From: Pseudomonadota bacterium
GTDB lineage: Bacteria > Myxococcota > JACRCW01 > JAFGSX01
Assembly (NCBI GenBank): GCA_043821645.1
Contig: JBDRCO010000084.1
Span: 1 to 41,426 of the forward strand
Reading direction: 5' to 3'
Length of the DNA stretch: 41,426 nt
Shown here: piece by piece, positions 27,538 to 36,944 of the stretch
Layout: the number at the start of each line of letters is the position of its first letter
How positions within the stretch are numbered: the first letter of the stretch is position 1
Notes under the pieces: model-generated
Told to the model about the DNA's origin: nothing
Database searches by the model: none
What the model saw: the letters and a program-made list of their open reading frames with translations, nothing else
Position numbers and translations under genes: made by a program

Positions 27538-28206
27538 ATGAGCACACAGAGCTTTGAGCTTGGCAGAAGAGACTTCGTCACCGCCGGGGCGATGGGCGTG
27601 GCGGCCCTTGGTGTGCCCGTCGCCAGCAGGGCACAGGGCCTGTTCAGCGTGCTCGCGCCAGAGGCCTCGGCCCTGGGCCTGGGCTTTCGCGAGGGAGCGC
27701 GGCTGCGCAGCGCTGGACGGCTGACGGCCGAGGCCCAGCTGTGGGCCGACGACCTGGCGCGCATCACCGTGCACGGTCTGTATCGCGAGGACAGCCGCCC
27801 CGACCTGCGTGCGCTGTGGCTCGACGTGGCCTTTGCGCCGGATCGCAGCCGCGTGTTCCACGCCTGGTCCTTCAACCGCGACCCGGTGCTGTGCAAGACC
27901 GCGGCAACGTCGTTCGTGGTGCCCGTGCGCACCAGCGAGGGGCTGCGCCTCAACCTCGGGGCGACCCTGGGCGATGGCGCCAGTGTCGAGGAACCCCTGG
28001 TGCTCGGCTTTGGACCACACCATGGTCTGCGCACGGGCACCTATGCGGTGGCCCTGCAGCAGGGCACGACGCCCTGGCGCTGGCTGCGCTGGCAGGGTGA
28101 GCCGGAGACGGCGAGCGCCGACGGTGTGCTGTATACGGGGTCGGCTGAATCTGCTCGCCCCGCGGACTTTCCCTACTTGCTGATCTCGGTCGAGCGCGCT
28201 GCCTGA
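27538..28206 (+). CDS. Twin-arginine (Tat) signal hypothetical protein (222 aa)
   Basis: ATG 27538 follows GAGGT. GRRDFV twin-arginine motif, hydrophobic stretch and A-x-A-like cleavage region. Confidence 0.75.
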   Translation: MSTQSFELGRRDFVTAGAMGVAALGVPVASRAQGLFSVLAPEASALGLGFREGARLRSAGRLTAEAQLWADDLARITVHGLYREDSRPDLRALWLDVAFAPDRSRVFHAWSFNRDPVLCKTAATSFVVPVRTSEGLRLNLGATLGDGASVEEPLVLGFGPHHGLRTGTYAVALQQGTTPWRWLRWQGEPETASADGVLYTGSAESARPADFPYLLISVERAA

Positions 28207-28213
28207 TGCGTCC

Positions 28214-28528
28214 ATGGCGACGGGAGCGGAGATGGATCTCGAACATCTCACCGCGACGAGTTTTCGACCTCACCTGAACACGCTGTTCGTGGCGACGCAG
28301 GTGAACGACCTCGGCCTCGAGTTGATCGAGGTGGAGCTGCTGCGCGGCGACGACGACAGGAGCTTCAGCCTGGTCTTCCGCGAGGCCGGGCCGCACAGCC
28401 TGGGTCAGGGTACCTATGCCCTGAGCCACCCGACCCTGGGTGAGCTGCCCCTGTTCCTCACTCCCATCATCCCGGACTTGCAGGGACGAGGCCGCTACGA
28501 ATCCCTCTTCAATCGCACGGGGTCCTAA
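28214..28528 (+). CDS. DUF6916-like small protein
   Basis: F..HLN..F, L.L.EV, FSLVF, L.QGTY.L.HP.LG...LFL.P and YESLFN pattern. Start may be 28232. Confidence 0.8.
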   Translation: MATGAEMDLEHLTATSFRPHLNTLFVATQVNDLGLELIEVELLRGDDDRSFSLVFREAGPHSLGQGTYALSHPTLGELPLFLTPIIPDLQGRGRYESLFNRTGS

Positions 28529-28672
28529 AAGCCCGTCCGCAAAGCCCAGCGGCTGTGGCGTCGGTGCTTCTCCAACCGCCTTGCATGACCACAAAAAAAC
28601 CTCGACCGCTCCCGCCCTGGTGCGCACGCATGCTGTTTGCCTTTGCCCCGGCATTGGCGTAGCGATGGCCCC

Positions 28673-29449
28673 ATGTCGCGACAGGTCTCGACCCAGCCCG
28701 CTGTCCACGAGCAATCTGTCGCCTTGACCCGGGACTTTCGGCTGCTGCAAAAGCGGCGCGGACATCGCTATTCGGTCGATGACATGCTCGTGGCCCACCT
28801 CGCGGCGACGCATGCGCTTTCGGACGAGAGCACGGAACCTCGACAGGTGCTCGACCTGGGCTGCGGTCTCGGCTCGGTGCTGTTGATACTGGCCTGGGCC
28901 TACCCCCAGGCGACCTTCATCGGGCTCGAGGTGCTCGAGGAGCACGTCTCCTACGCGCGCCGCAACATCCTGCTCAACGGATGCGGCGGTCGTGCACGCG
29001 TTGTCGCCGGAGACCTCCGCGACCTCTCGCTCGTCGCCACCCTGGGCAGGTTTGACCTGGTGACAGGGTCTCCTCCCTACTTCGCACAAGGCACCGGCAC
29101 CGTGTGCGCCGATCCCGCACGGGCGGCCGCTCACTTCGAGCTGTGCGGTGGCATCGAGGACTACGCTGCTGCGGCGAGCCGTGCCCTGGCTCCCGGTGGA
29201 CTCTTCGTGACCTGCGCCGCGGCAGACCCCCCCCATCGAGCCGAAGCAGCCTTGGCGCAGGCGGGGCTCACGCTGCTGTATCGACGAGCCGTCGTACCCC
29301 GTGCCGGCAAACCACCTTTCTTGCAGCTGCTCGTCGGAGGCGCCGGTCGCGAAACATGCTGCACCGAAGGTCAGACCTTGATCCTGCGTCAAGCGGATGG
29401 TCATCGCTCTGCCGAGCACCGAGCCATTCGCAGGTGGACTGGACTCTGA
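28673..29449 (+). CDS. Class I SAM methyltransferase, tRNA1(Val) A37 N6-methyltransferase-like (258 aa)
   Basis: Q...GHRYSVD..L, VLDLGCGLG, FDLV.GSPPY (NPPY-like) and A.A.FEL motifs. Confidence 0.82.
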   Translation: MSRQVSTQPAVHEQSVALTRDFRLLQKRRGHRYSVDDMLVAHLAATHALSDESTEPRQVLDLGCGLGSVLLILAWAYPQATFIGLEVLEEHVSYARRNILLNGCGGRARVVAGDLRDLSLVATLGRFDLVTGSPPYFAQGTGTVCADPARAAAHFELCGGIEDYAAAASRALAPGGLFVTCAAADPPHRAEAALAQAGLTLLYRRAVVPRAGKPPFLQLLVGGAGRETCCTEGQTLILRQADGHRSAEHRAIRRWTGL

Positions 29450-29623
29450 GGGACGAGGCCCTCCTGTCGACGTCGAGGGCAGCGTCACGCTATGCAGTGC
29501 ACCCGCAGCCCCTGAAGGCAAAAAACTGCGTTGCGGGGTCCGCACCTCACGTGTACGAAGCACCAGCCATCTACTTGATGGCTGTGGGCTGTCCTTCGTG
29601 TCGCTGCAGGAACCCAGGCACAC

Positions 29624-30538
29624 ATGCACATCCTCCGCGAACAGATACGCCAGCGCATCTCCGCAACACCGCACGCGCGGCGACTCTTTCATGGACGTGG
29701 GCGCTGTTTCCCGGGTCTCCATGACGTGACCATCGACTGGCTACCGCCGGTGGTGCATCTCAAGCTCTACCATCCCAGGGACGAGGCCTGGCTTCATGAG
29801 CTGGTCGCGTTGATCAGGTGCGAGGTGGCCAGCGCCGTGGCCATCCTGCTCCAGGAACGCTTTCTGCCGGGTTCACCGAGCAGCGTGCTGTGGGGCCAGA
29901 TGCCTGCGGTGTTGGAGATAGAGGAGGCCGGGCTTCGTTTTCGAGTCCGGCTGGGTGCGTCGCAGAACACAGGCTTCTTTCTCGACATGGCGCGCGGCAG
30001 GCAGCTGGTCCGAGAGCATGCTGCCGACAGGAAGATCCTCAACCTGTTTGCATATACCTGCAGCTTCTCGGTCGCGGCGCTGGCAGGCCAGGCCAGGCAG
30101 GTTGTCAATCTCGACATGAACAAGAACGCCCTGGCACTGGGCAAGACCAATCACCTGCTGAACCAGCTCGATGGACGTCGCGTTTCTTTCTTGCCCATGG
30201 AGTTCTTTCGCAGTGTGAGCAAGCTGCGCAAGCTGGGACCTTTTGACCTCGTCATCTGCGATCCACCTGCGGCTCAAGGCAGGAGTTTCAGCGCCCGCAC
30301 CCACTGGCCCAAGCTGATCCAGAAGCTGCCGTCTCTGCTCAGCGACGATGCAGAGATCGTGGCCTGCCTGAACGCCCGCGCCATACCTTCGAGCTACCTG
30401 CGGGAGCAGTTTGCACTCGGGATGCCGCAAGCCAGACTGCTCGAGAGTTTGCAGGCAGGGCCTGACTTTCCGGAAGCAGACCCGCACGCTGGGCTGATCA
30501 TCGAGCGCTATGGTTTTCACCGCGACGCAGATCCTTGA
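29624..30538 (+). CDS. Class I SAM methyltransferase, RlmI/RlmK (YccW)-like
   Basis: [45 protein letters not shown]. Confidence 0.85.
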   Translation: MHILREQIRQRISATPHARRLFHGRGRCFPGLHDVTIDWLPPVVHLKLYHPRDEAWLHELVALIRCEVASAVAILLQERFLPGSPSSVLWGQMPAVLEIEEAGLRFRVRLGASQNTGFFLDMARGRQLVREHAADRKILNLFAYTCSFSVAALAGQARQVVNLDMNKNALALGKTNHLLNQLDGRRVSFLPMEFFRSVSKLRKLGPFDLVICDPPAAQGRSFSARTHWPKLIQKLPSLLSDDAEIVACLNARAIPSSYLREQFALGMPQARLLESLQAGPDFPEADPHAGLIIERYGFHRDADP

Positions 30539-30747
30539 ATGCGCCGCCGGCTGGACCGCCCTGTACCGCCTCGCCGACTGCACGCACGAGCGCCGGGTCT
30601 CGTCCAGGAGCCCAGAAGACCTCATGGGCTCACCCTGGAGCGCAGTCGTCAAAGAAGGTAGAACACCCGACGTCGCAGTCCTCGTGCCCGGGGACTTGTC
30701 ACAAGAGGCCCGCGCTCACTTCTCGCTCGAAGGGACAGGACCGTCGA

Positions 30748-31200
30748 ATGCACATCTGGGTCGACGCTGACGCCTGCCCTCGGGTCATCAAGGAGATCCT
30801 GTTTCGTGCCGCCGAGCGGCTGCAGGTGCAGGTCACCCTGGTCGCCAACAAGGAGCTGCGTACGCCGCCTTCTCCCTTCGTCGACGCGCTGCGGGTCGCG
30901 CGCGGCTTTGACGTTGCCGACAGCGAGATCGTGCGCCGGGTGCAGCCTGGAGACCTGGTCATTACCGCCGACATCCCGCTGGCTGCGCTGGTGGTCGAGG
31001 CGGGAGGACACGTCATCGACCCGCGAGGCCAGTTGCTGGATGCGGAGAATGTCCAGGAGCGGCTCACCCTGCGAAACTTCATGGACGAGCTGCGCAGCAC
31101 GGGCGTCGACACCGGTGGCCCTGTGGCACTGGGTCACAAGGATAGACAGGCTTTTGCCAATCAGCTCGATCGCTTTCTCGGCGCGCATCACCGGCGCTGA
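30748..31200 (+). CDS. yaiI: YaiI/YqxD family protein (150 aa)
   Basis: [33 protein letters not shown] and FANQLDR motifs. Confidence 0.92.
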   Translation: MHIWVDADACPRVIKEILFRAAERLQVQVTLVANKELRTPPSPFVDALRVARGFDVADSEIVRRVQPGDLVITADIPLAALVVEAGGHVIDPRGQLLDAENVQERLTLRNFMDELRSTGVDTGGPVALGHKDRQAFANQLDRFLGAHHRR

Positions 31201-31438
31201 GTGGCGATGTCGAGCGTCTCGCGCTCGCGAGCCTGCCGCAGGCGCGCCGGCACCCTGTGGACCGTTTTGGAAGCATGCTTTACGCCAACCCTGCGAAGTT
31301 GGAACAGATGTGCTATGTTTCTAAAGACGCCAGGGCATCGCCACCGCGTGAATCCTTCTGTCATCCTTCAGGACGATTCAGCTGCTGCTCCCGTGTGTAC
31401 GGGAGAAGGCCAGGTCTCGGCGAGAAGGGAACGTGAAG

Positions 31439-31846
31439 ATGTCGACAGCCGTCACCCCCGGGGAGAATGTCCTGGCCTACTGCAAGGGCTGCAAGAAGGT
31501 GAGCGAGCATTCGGTCGTTGCCGTACGAGCCAGCCGGCCATACCGCGTGCAATGCATCACCTGCGAGGACGCGCACCCCTACCGGGCCGGTCCACCCGTT
31601 TCGAAGAAGAAGAGCGCGAGTGCTCTGAAGAGCCGATCTCTCGCCAGTGACTTCAACTACGACAACCTGATGGTGGGACGCGATCCGTCCATGGCCACGA
31701 CCTATGCCATGAGCCAGCAGTTCGCGAGCGCCGAACTGATCACGCATGCGACCTTTGGGGTCGGCCTGGTCACCCGGGTTCTGGTCAATCACAAGATCGA
31801 GGTGATCTTTCCCGAAGGCATCCGCATGCTGGCGCACGAGCGCTAG
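31439..31846 (+). CDS. Conserved hypothetical zinc-ribbon protein
   Basis: CKGCK...H, CITC...H.YR, and C-terminal Y.....F...ELI.H..FG.G.V......KIEV.F..G...L.H. Start ATG 31439 or GTG 31433. Confidence 0.8.
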   Translation: MSTAVTPGENVLAYCKGCKKVSEHSVVAVRASRPYRVQCITCEDAHPYRAGPPVSKKKSASALKSRSLASDFNYDNLMVGRDPSMATTYAMSQQFASAELITHATFGVGLVTRVLVNHKIEVIFPEGIRMLAHER

Positions 31847-32013
31847 CCTGCGCTCGTTCCCGGGTTCTCACCGCTGCTACCCCCTGATGATGTGAGCGTT
31901 GAATTCGCGCAGGACGCTGTGGCGAAGCCTGGTGAAGTGGTGCGCGGGGTTCTGGCCGACCAACAGGGGAACGTCTCGGTCAGGGTGGTGACGTCGTCAG
32001 CCAGACAGTGTCC

Positions 32014-32625
32014 TCAGTGCGTCTCCCACATCAAGGTCACCTGGGTCTTGGGCTGACCCTCCATGGTCATGGCCGTGATCTGCGCGCTGGTGCCGTCCTT
32101 GCTGGCACTGACGGTGGCGACGGTCTGGCCGTTGGCACTCATCTGCGAGCGCTCGATCTTAAAGTCCTTGCCCGTGAGCTCGGTGGCGTAGTGATCGGCG
32201 ATGGCGATCGGGGTCTTGTCGGTCTGCAGGGAGACCATGTAGGACTCGCGACCATCGGCCTTGTTGTGGGCGTTTCCCATCACCGTGGCGCCGCCGACGA
32301 CAGAGAGCGGAAACCCGTCGGGCACCTTTCCATCGGCACCGTACTCGAGCACTCCCTTGTCACCCTCGATGCGCACCTTGTTCTCGTCGCTGGCCATCAC
32401 CACCTTCTCACCCTTCTCGTTGGTGATGACCGTGGTGGCGCCGCCTCCAGGGCCGGCGGTCTGCGTTGTGGTGACCGAGCCCTCCTTGGTCTTGATGGTG
32501 ATCTGGTCACCGTTCCGGTCGACCTCGACGCCCGCGGCTTTCTCCATCGCGGTCTCGGCGAGCTTGCCGCACATCCAGTTGCAGCCACCGAGCATGGCCA
32601 CGAGGAGCAGGGTGAACCATCGCAT
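32014..32625 (-). CDS. Hypothetical lipoprotein
   Basis: Lipobox LGGC; AMEKAAG..V; VPDGFP motif; RBS AGAGG. Confidence 0.8.
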   Translation of the reverse strand: MRWFTLLLVAMLGGCNWMCGKLAETAMEKAAGVEVDRNGDQITIKTKEGSVTTTQTAGPGGGATTVITNEKGEKVVMASDENKVRIEGDKGVLEYGADGKVPDGFPLSVVGGATVMGNAHNKADGRESYMVSLQTDKTPIAIADHYATELTGKDFKIERSQMSANGQTVATVSASKDGTSAQITAMTMEGQPKTQVTLMWETH

Positions 32626-32740
32626 GAGAACCTCTTTGTCGTTTATGCCAGCATGATGCGCAGCGGCCCCTGGCGCGTCAAGCAGGGCACCTGCCGCTGC
32701 CCCTTGGTCCAGGACAGATCAGAGCGCGCGTCCAGGACGA

Positions 32741-34240
32741 TCAGTGAATATCGTGAGCCACGATCCCTGGCGCAGGCACTGGGGTCGGGACGGTCTTGCC
32801 TTGAAGGCGGGCCTCGAGGCGCTGGATGACTTTAGCGATGGTGCGGCTGATCAGGGTCTGGTCGCGAATCATCGGAAGCTTGGGCCAGGTGAAGCGCTGC
32901 CCTTCCAGGATGAAGTGTTCGATGTCTTCGGGGGAAGGATTTGAAACAAACTTGCGCAGCATGCGCGGATCCACTCGCGGGTGCAGGTTGATGTCACCGA
33001 GGTAGGGCTGCGAGGTCAGCGTGTAGATCTGATCCAGCGCCGGCCGCACACGCTCGTCGTGGACATATCTGCGCGCACTTCCCAGCACGCTGCGAGCCTG
33101 CGCGCGCACCATGGAACCCGCGACCTCGAATGCCATGTAGGGCAGGCTCGGGGTCTCGCTGCGGCTGACCAGCAGGTACACGTGCGGATTGGTCTGGCTG
33201 ACGATGAAGTGGTTGACGTTGTGCAGGCGCCCGACCCGGGCCATGGGCAGGTCCCCCGCCACCGACCCGTCGAGCCAGCGTTCCTCGGGCAGGTACGGCG
33301 TTGCCTCGCCGTCGGCGCCGCGGGCCATCAGGATCCCGGGTGGGTACAGGAAGGGCATGGCGCACGACGCCGCGGCACTGTGCGCGATGAGGAGGTCAGG
33401 GGTCGCCACGTGACTGAGGATGCGCGGTTTCTGCCGGCTACGGGCCGGGGACACGGAGATGTTGAGGACCCTACCACTGCGCGCGAAGGCTTCCTCGAAG
33501 GTCAGGTCACCGTGGATGTTGGTGCGGATGTGCTCCAGAAGTTGCGGTGGGTCGAACAGCGAGCGCTGTTCGAGGATCTGGAGCAGAGGCTTGAGCTTCA
33601 TTGCAGCACGATGGATCTGACCGGGCCGGGCAAAGAATTCGCGAACCTCGTCGTCACTCCGGGTGCACACGCCGGCGGCGACGATCGCGCCCATGCTGGA
33701 ACCCGAGAGCACGGTCGGGAGCAGGTCGTGCTCGAACAGCGCCTTGACCACGCCGAGGTGGTAGATGCCCAGGGTGGCACCGCCGCTGAGCATCAGTGCC
33801 GAGCGTCCGAACCTGTGCGCGCCCTGCCTGAACATCTCCAGCTTGACCTCGTCGGGATAGCCCTCGCGCTGCTCGCTCTCGAGGTACAGCAGCGCAGCCT
33901 CGGCCTCGGCAAGAAACTCACGCGGCAGTTTCTTGGTTTCACCGCTGTAGGTCTCGCAGTACAGCCGCGGGTTGCTGATGTAGGGGCCGTGCTGGTCGAC
34001 ACCTTGCTGCAGCAGGTCGAGCAGGCGCAGCGGTTCCCGGGCCAGGCGGCATGCGCGCATCTCGCGCGTCACGTGCTGCACCTGGGTCATGTCATAACAG
34101 CTCGAGCTGTCGTCCTCGATCCAGGTTCGTCGCCCGTCGAGTTCATCGAGTTCCTGGGCAGCGGCCAGCCAGGTCTCGTAGTGCATGGCCATCGCCATCT
34201 CGCGTCTCGCGGCCTTGCGCAGCTTGTATGTGCTGAACAT
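32741..34240 (-). CDS. Patatin-like phospholipase/TAG lipase with N-terminal DUF3336 (Tgl4/SDP1-like)
   Basis: YE.W..AA.ELD, ALMLSGGATLG.YH.GV, GSSMG (Ser), W.DGS (Asp), VNHFIVSQTNPH. Confidence 0.9.
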   Translation of the reverse strand: MFSTYKLRKAARREMAMAMHYETWLAAAQELDELDGRRTWIEDDSSSCYDMTQVQHVTREMRACRLAREPLRLLDLLQQGVDQHGPYISNPRLYCETYSGETKKLPREFLAEAEAALLYLESEQREGYPDEVKLEMFRQGAHRFGRSALMLSGGATLGIYHLGVVKALFEHDLLPTVLSGSSMGAIVAAGVCTRSDDEVREFFARPGQIHRAAMKLKPLLQILEQRSLFDPPQLLEHIRTNIHGDLTFEEAFARSGRVLNISVSPARSRQKPRILSHVATPDLLIAHSAAASCAMPFLYPPGILMARGADGEATPYLPEERWLDGSVAGDLPMARVGRLHNVNHFIVSQTNPHVYLLVSRSETPSLPYMAFEVAGSMVRAQARSVLGSARRYVHDERVRPALDQIYTLTSQPYLGDINLHPRVDPRMLRKFVSNPSPEDIEHFILEGQRFTWPKLPMIRDQTLISRTIAKVIQRLEARLQGKTVPTPVPAPGIVAHDIH

Positions 34241-34359
34241 GCGCCCTCCCGTTCAGAAGGGGAACCATGGAGGAGGCTCGGTTTGTTGGCTACCGTTTTT
34301 CTCGGGTAGGGTGACGTCCGGCCGAGCTGCACGCGTCCGCGCGCGCACGGGCGTCCGGC

Positions 34360-35481
34360 TCAAAGGATCACCACCATCGCCCCGGCTTCCAGATGGCGGT
34401 ACAGCACCTCGATATCCTCGTCGTGGAGGACAATGCAGCCCCAGGACAGTTCTCGGCCCTGGGAACCATCCCAGGCACCAGCCCAGCCGTGAAAGCCGAT
34501 GCCGCTCCCCAGTGCGGTGTTTTGCACGGTGAGCTCGCGCGCGCGCCAGGCCTGCTCGATGTGCCGCTGCTGGGTGAGCGAGATCTGATCGCGTTCGACG
34601 CCGGCGGCAGCGTCGAAGGCGTTGGGGTAGTTGATCTTGATCCAGTAGCCGCCGAAATAGTCCGCATAGTCGCCCGAGAAAGGGCCACGCGAGCGCTCCA
34701 CCACGAAATACATACCCGACGGCGTCCTGAGATCACCGCGCCGGGTCTTGCGGCCCGGCCGCTGGCCGAAGGCCACGTCGGTATCGAGGATCACCCGCTG
34801 TTGCAGGTAGAGCCGCAGACGCGCGCCCTCGCGGTCGACCAGGACCAAGACGCGCTCGTGGCCTGGCACGAAGGACACGGAGTTTGCTCTGATGAAGTCG
34901 AACACCTCGGGTAGTGCGGCGGAGCCACAGTCGGAGCTTTCTCCGCTCGCCAGAACGTCGTCGGTGAAGCACAGCTCGAAACGCGCCCTGGGTCGCGCAC
35001 CGGGCTTGGCACTCACGCGTGCCAGACCGAGCACCTGGCCGCGCCTGACCAGGTCACCGGGGTGTACCAGGCTCTGGGCGAGTTCGCCGTAGCTGCTCAG
35101 GAGCTTGCGCTTGCGCTGGTTGTGGTACATCCAGTGCTCGACCTGCACTCCCCTGTCGGCGCTGACGCGTCGCACGCGGCCCGTCGCCACCGCCCTCACC
35201 TCGCGGCATGGGATGGCATTGCGGTCGAGGCGTACGGGGCCGGTGTGCCACACGACGTGTTCGCAGTCGACGTAGGCGTGCACGCCGTCGTCGCTGGCGA
35301 AGCCCTGGCGCTCGAACTGACCCACTCCCATGGGGAGATCAAAGCCCTGCACGGCGTCGAAGGGCGTGTCGAGGTAGCTGTCGAAGACCTTGGAGGTGTT
35401 CGCCTGAACCCGGGTCGGTGATAGTGCAGACAGCAAGAAGCACAGCGAGCCTAGGGGCAGGAGCTGCCAGGGAACCGACAT
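34360..35481 (-). CDS. L,D-transpeptidase (YkuD) fused to a degenerate M23-like domain (373 aa)
   Basis: C-terminal K...GD.RTP.G.Y, INYPN..D, IGFHG...SWGCI. N-terminal V.A.A.G.V and V..GD.V.RGQ.LG M23 scaffold. ATG 35481 follows AAGGAGG; alternative GTG 35589. Confidence 0.82.
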   Translation of the reverse strand: MSVPWQLLPLGSLCFLLSALSPTRVQANTSKVFDSYLDTPFDAVQGFDLPMGVGQFERQGFASDDGVHAYVDCEHVVWHTGPVRLDRNAIPCREVRAVATGRVRRVSADRGVQVEHWMYHNQRKRKLLSSYGELAQSLVHPGDLVRRGQVLGLARVSAKPGARPRARFELCFTDDVLASGESSDCGSAALPEVFDFIRANSVSFVPGHERVLVLVDREGARLRLYLQQRVILDTDVAFGQRPGRKTRRGDLRTPSGMYFVVERSRGPFSGDYADYFGGYWIKINYPNAFDAAAGVERDQISLTQQRHIEQAWRARELTVQNTALGSGIGFHGWAGAWDGSQGRELSWGCIVLHDEDIEVLYRHLEAGAMVVIL

Positions 35482-35585
35482 GGCACGACCTCCTTCGCAG
35501 CGCCGCGTCCTGCTGAGTACGTATGACAGGCGACCGCGTTCTATCACCGCGGCACTTATATCGATCCGCTCGACCTGGAGGTGGG

Positions 35586-36944
35586 TCACAGCGCGTGGGC
35601 GATGTCAGTACCCGTGGCGCGCGCCTGGGCGAGCCGCCTGAGTTCCAGCTCGAAGCGGCGCGTCTCCAGTTCGACGTGGGCGGTCTGGCTGGTCCGGCGT
35701 GCGTCGACCACTGTCAGCGCCGAGCCCAGCCCGTTGATGTAGTTGGCCTGCGACAGCTCCAGGGCGTCGTCGGCCAGGCGAGCCTTGAGCCTGGCGGTGG
35801 CGACCAGCTGTTCGGCCTCGACCAAGGCGCGCTGCACCCGGCTGAGCTCGGTGGCGGCGCTCGCGCGCGCGTCCTCCAGGTGAAGACGCGCCTGTTGCAC
35901 CGAGAGCTGCCGGTCTTGCAGGGCCGGGACCACGGTGGCGTCGAGCAGGGGGACGGTCAGGACGAGGCCTGCCAGCCACTGGTTGCGAGCAGCGTCGCCC
36001 AGGGGATCGTGTGCGGGCACCACGTGCGCGAGCTGCACTGAAGCATCGAGGCTGGGGACCAGCGACAGCCATTCGATGGTCAAGCTCTGCTGTGCAAGGT
36101 CGACGCTGCGCTCGGACAGGCGCAGATCCCAGCGCTGCGCCAGCGCGCGCTCGATGGCTTCTGTGGTCCAGGGCGGGGGTGAGGCAAGCTCCTGAGGGTC
36201 ATCCACCGGCTGTAAAAGCTGCCCGGCCGCGATGAGCAGCGCCAGAGCGTCGCGGGTGTCCTCGAGGGCGACCAGGGCTTTGAGCTGCTCCTCGCGGACC
36301 GAGATCAGATCGGTCTGGGCGCGCTTGACGTCCACCAGATCGCCCACACCGGAGCGGTAGCGCTCGACGGCGGCCTCGACGTGGCGGCTCAAGGCCTCGG
36401 CCTGGGCCTGAAAAACCGCAATCAGACGTTGCAGCAGGGCGGCCTGAAAATACGTCTCGGCGACACCGTAGAGCAGGGCCTGTCGCGCTTGCTCGACGTC
36501 GAGAATGCGGGTTTCCTGCTCGAGGCGGGCGAGCTCCAGATTCATCCAGCGCTGGGCGTGCACGATGGGCAGGCGCGCTTCAAGCCCGGCGGAGTACTCC
36601 CGTCTGTCCATGAAGGCGGTGCCTGGCTGTGCACTGCCCGGGGTGGAGCCTGCGACCAGTGCGTAGTCCAGGGTCGCGTCGAGGCTGGGGAGCAGGGCTG
36701 CGTAGGCCGCGCGGCGCTTGATCGTGGCAGCTTCGAGGTCCAGGCGAATCACCTTCAGGCTACGATTGGCCTGGTCGGCCTGCTGTATCGCGGCGCGCAG
36801 GGTGATGGCCTGAGCCGGGCGCAGCGTGGGCAGCGGTGGGAGCGGCGAGGGTGTGCGATCGGCGCTCTGGGCGAGCAGCAGGGCCGGTGTGATCAGGCCA
36901 AGGCAGGCCAGCGCGCTGCACAGGCACCACGCTGCAGGCTTCAT
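35586..36944 (-). CDS. TolC family outer membrane efflux protein (452 aa)
   Basis: L..AI..A...N..L, LLPSL, VAETYF, RY..G.....DV..AQ and Y..G.....V.DA repeats. ATG overlaps the RND stop (ATGA). Confidence 0.88.
   Translation of the reverse strand: MKPAAWCLCSALACLGLITPALLLAQSADRTPSPLPPLPTLRPAQAITLRAAIQQADQANRSLKVIRLDLEAATIKRRAAYAALLPSLDATLDYALVAGSTPGSAQPGTAFMDRREYSAGLEARLPIVHAQRWMNLELARLEQETRILDVEQARQALLYGVAETYFQAALLQRLIAVFQAQAEALSRHVEAAVERYRSGVGDLVDVKRAQTDLISVREEQLKALVALEDTRDALALLIAAGQLLQPVDDPQELASPPPWTTEAIERALAQRWDLRLSERSVDLAQQSLTIEWLSLVPSLDASVQLAHVVPAHDPLGDAARNQWLAGLVLTVPLLDATVVPALQDRQLSVQQARLHLEDARASAATELSRVQRALVEAEQLVATARLKARLADDALELSQANYINGLGSALTVVDARRTSQTAHVELETRRFELELRRLAQARATGTDIAHAL

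Noticed and set aside
31850-32010. Possible frameshifted gene relic on the minus strand between convergent genes
   Set aside because: Too short, with no start or recognisable motif to support a call.
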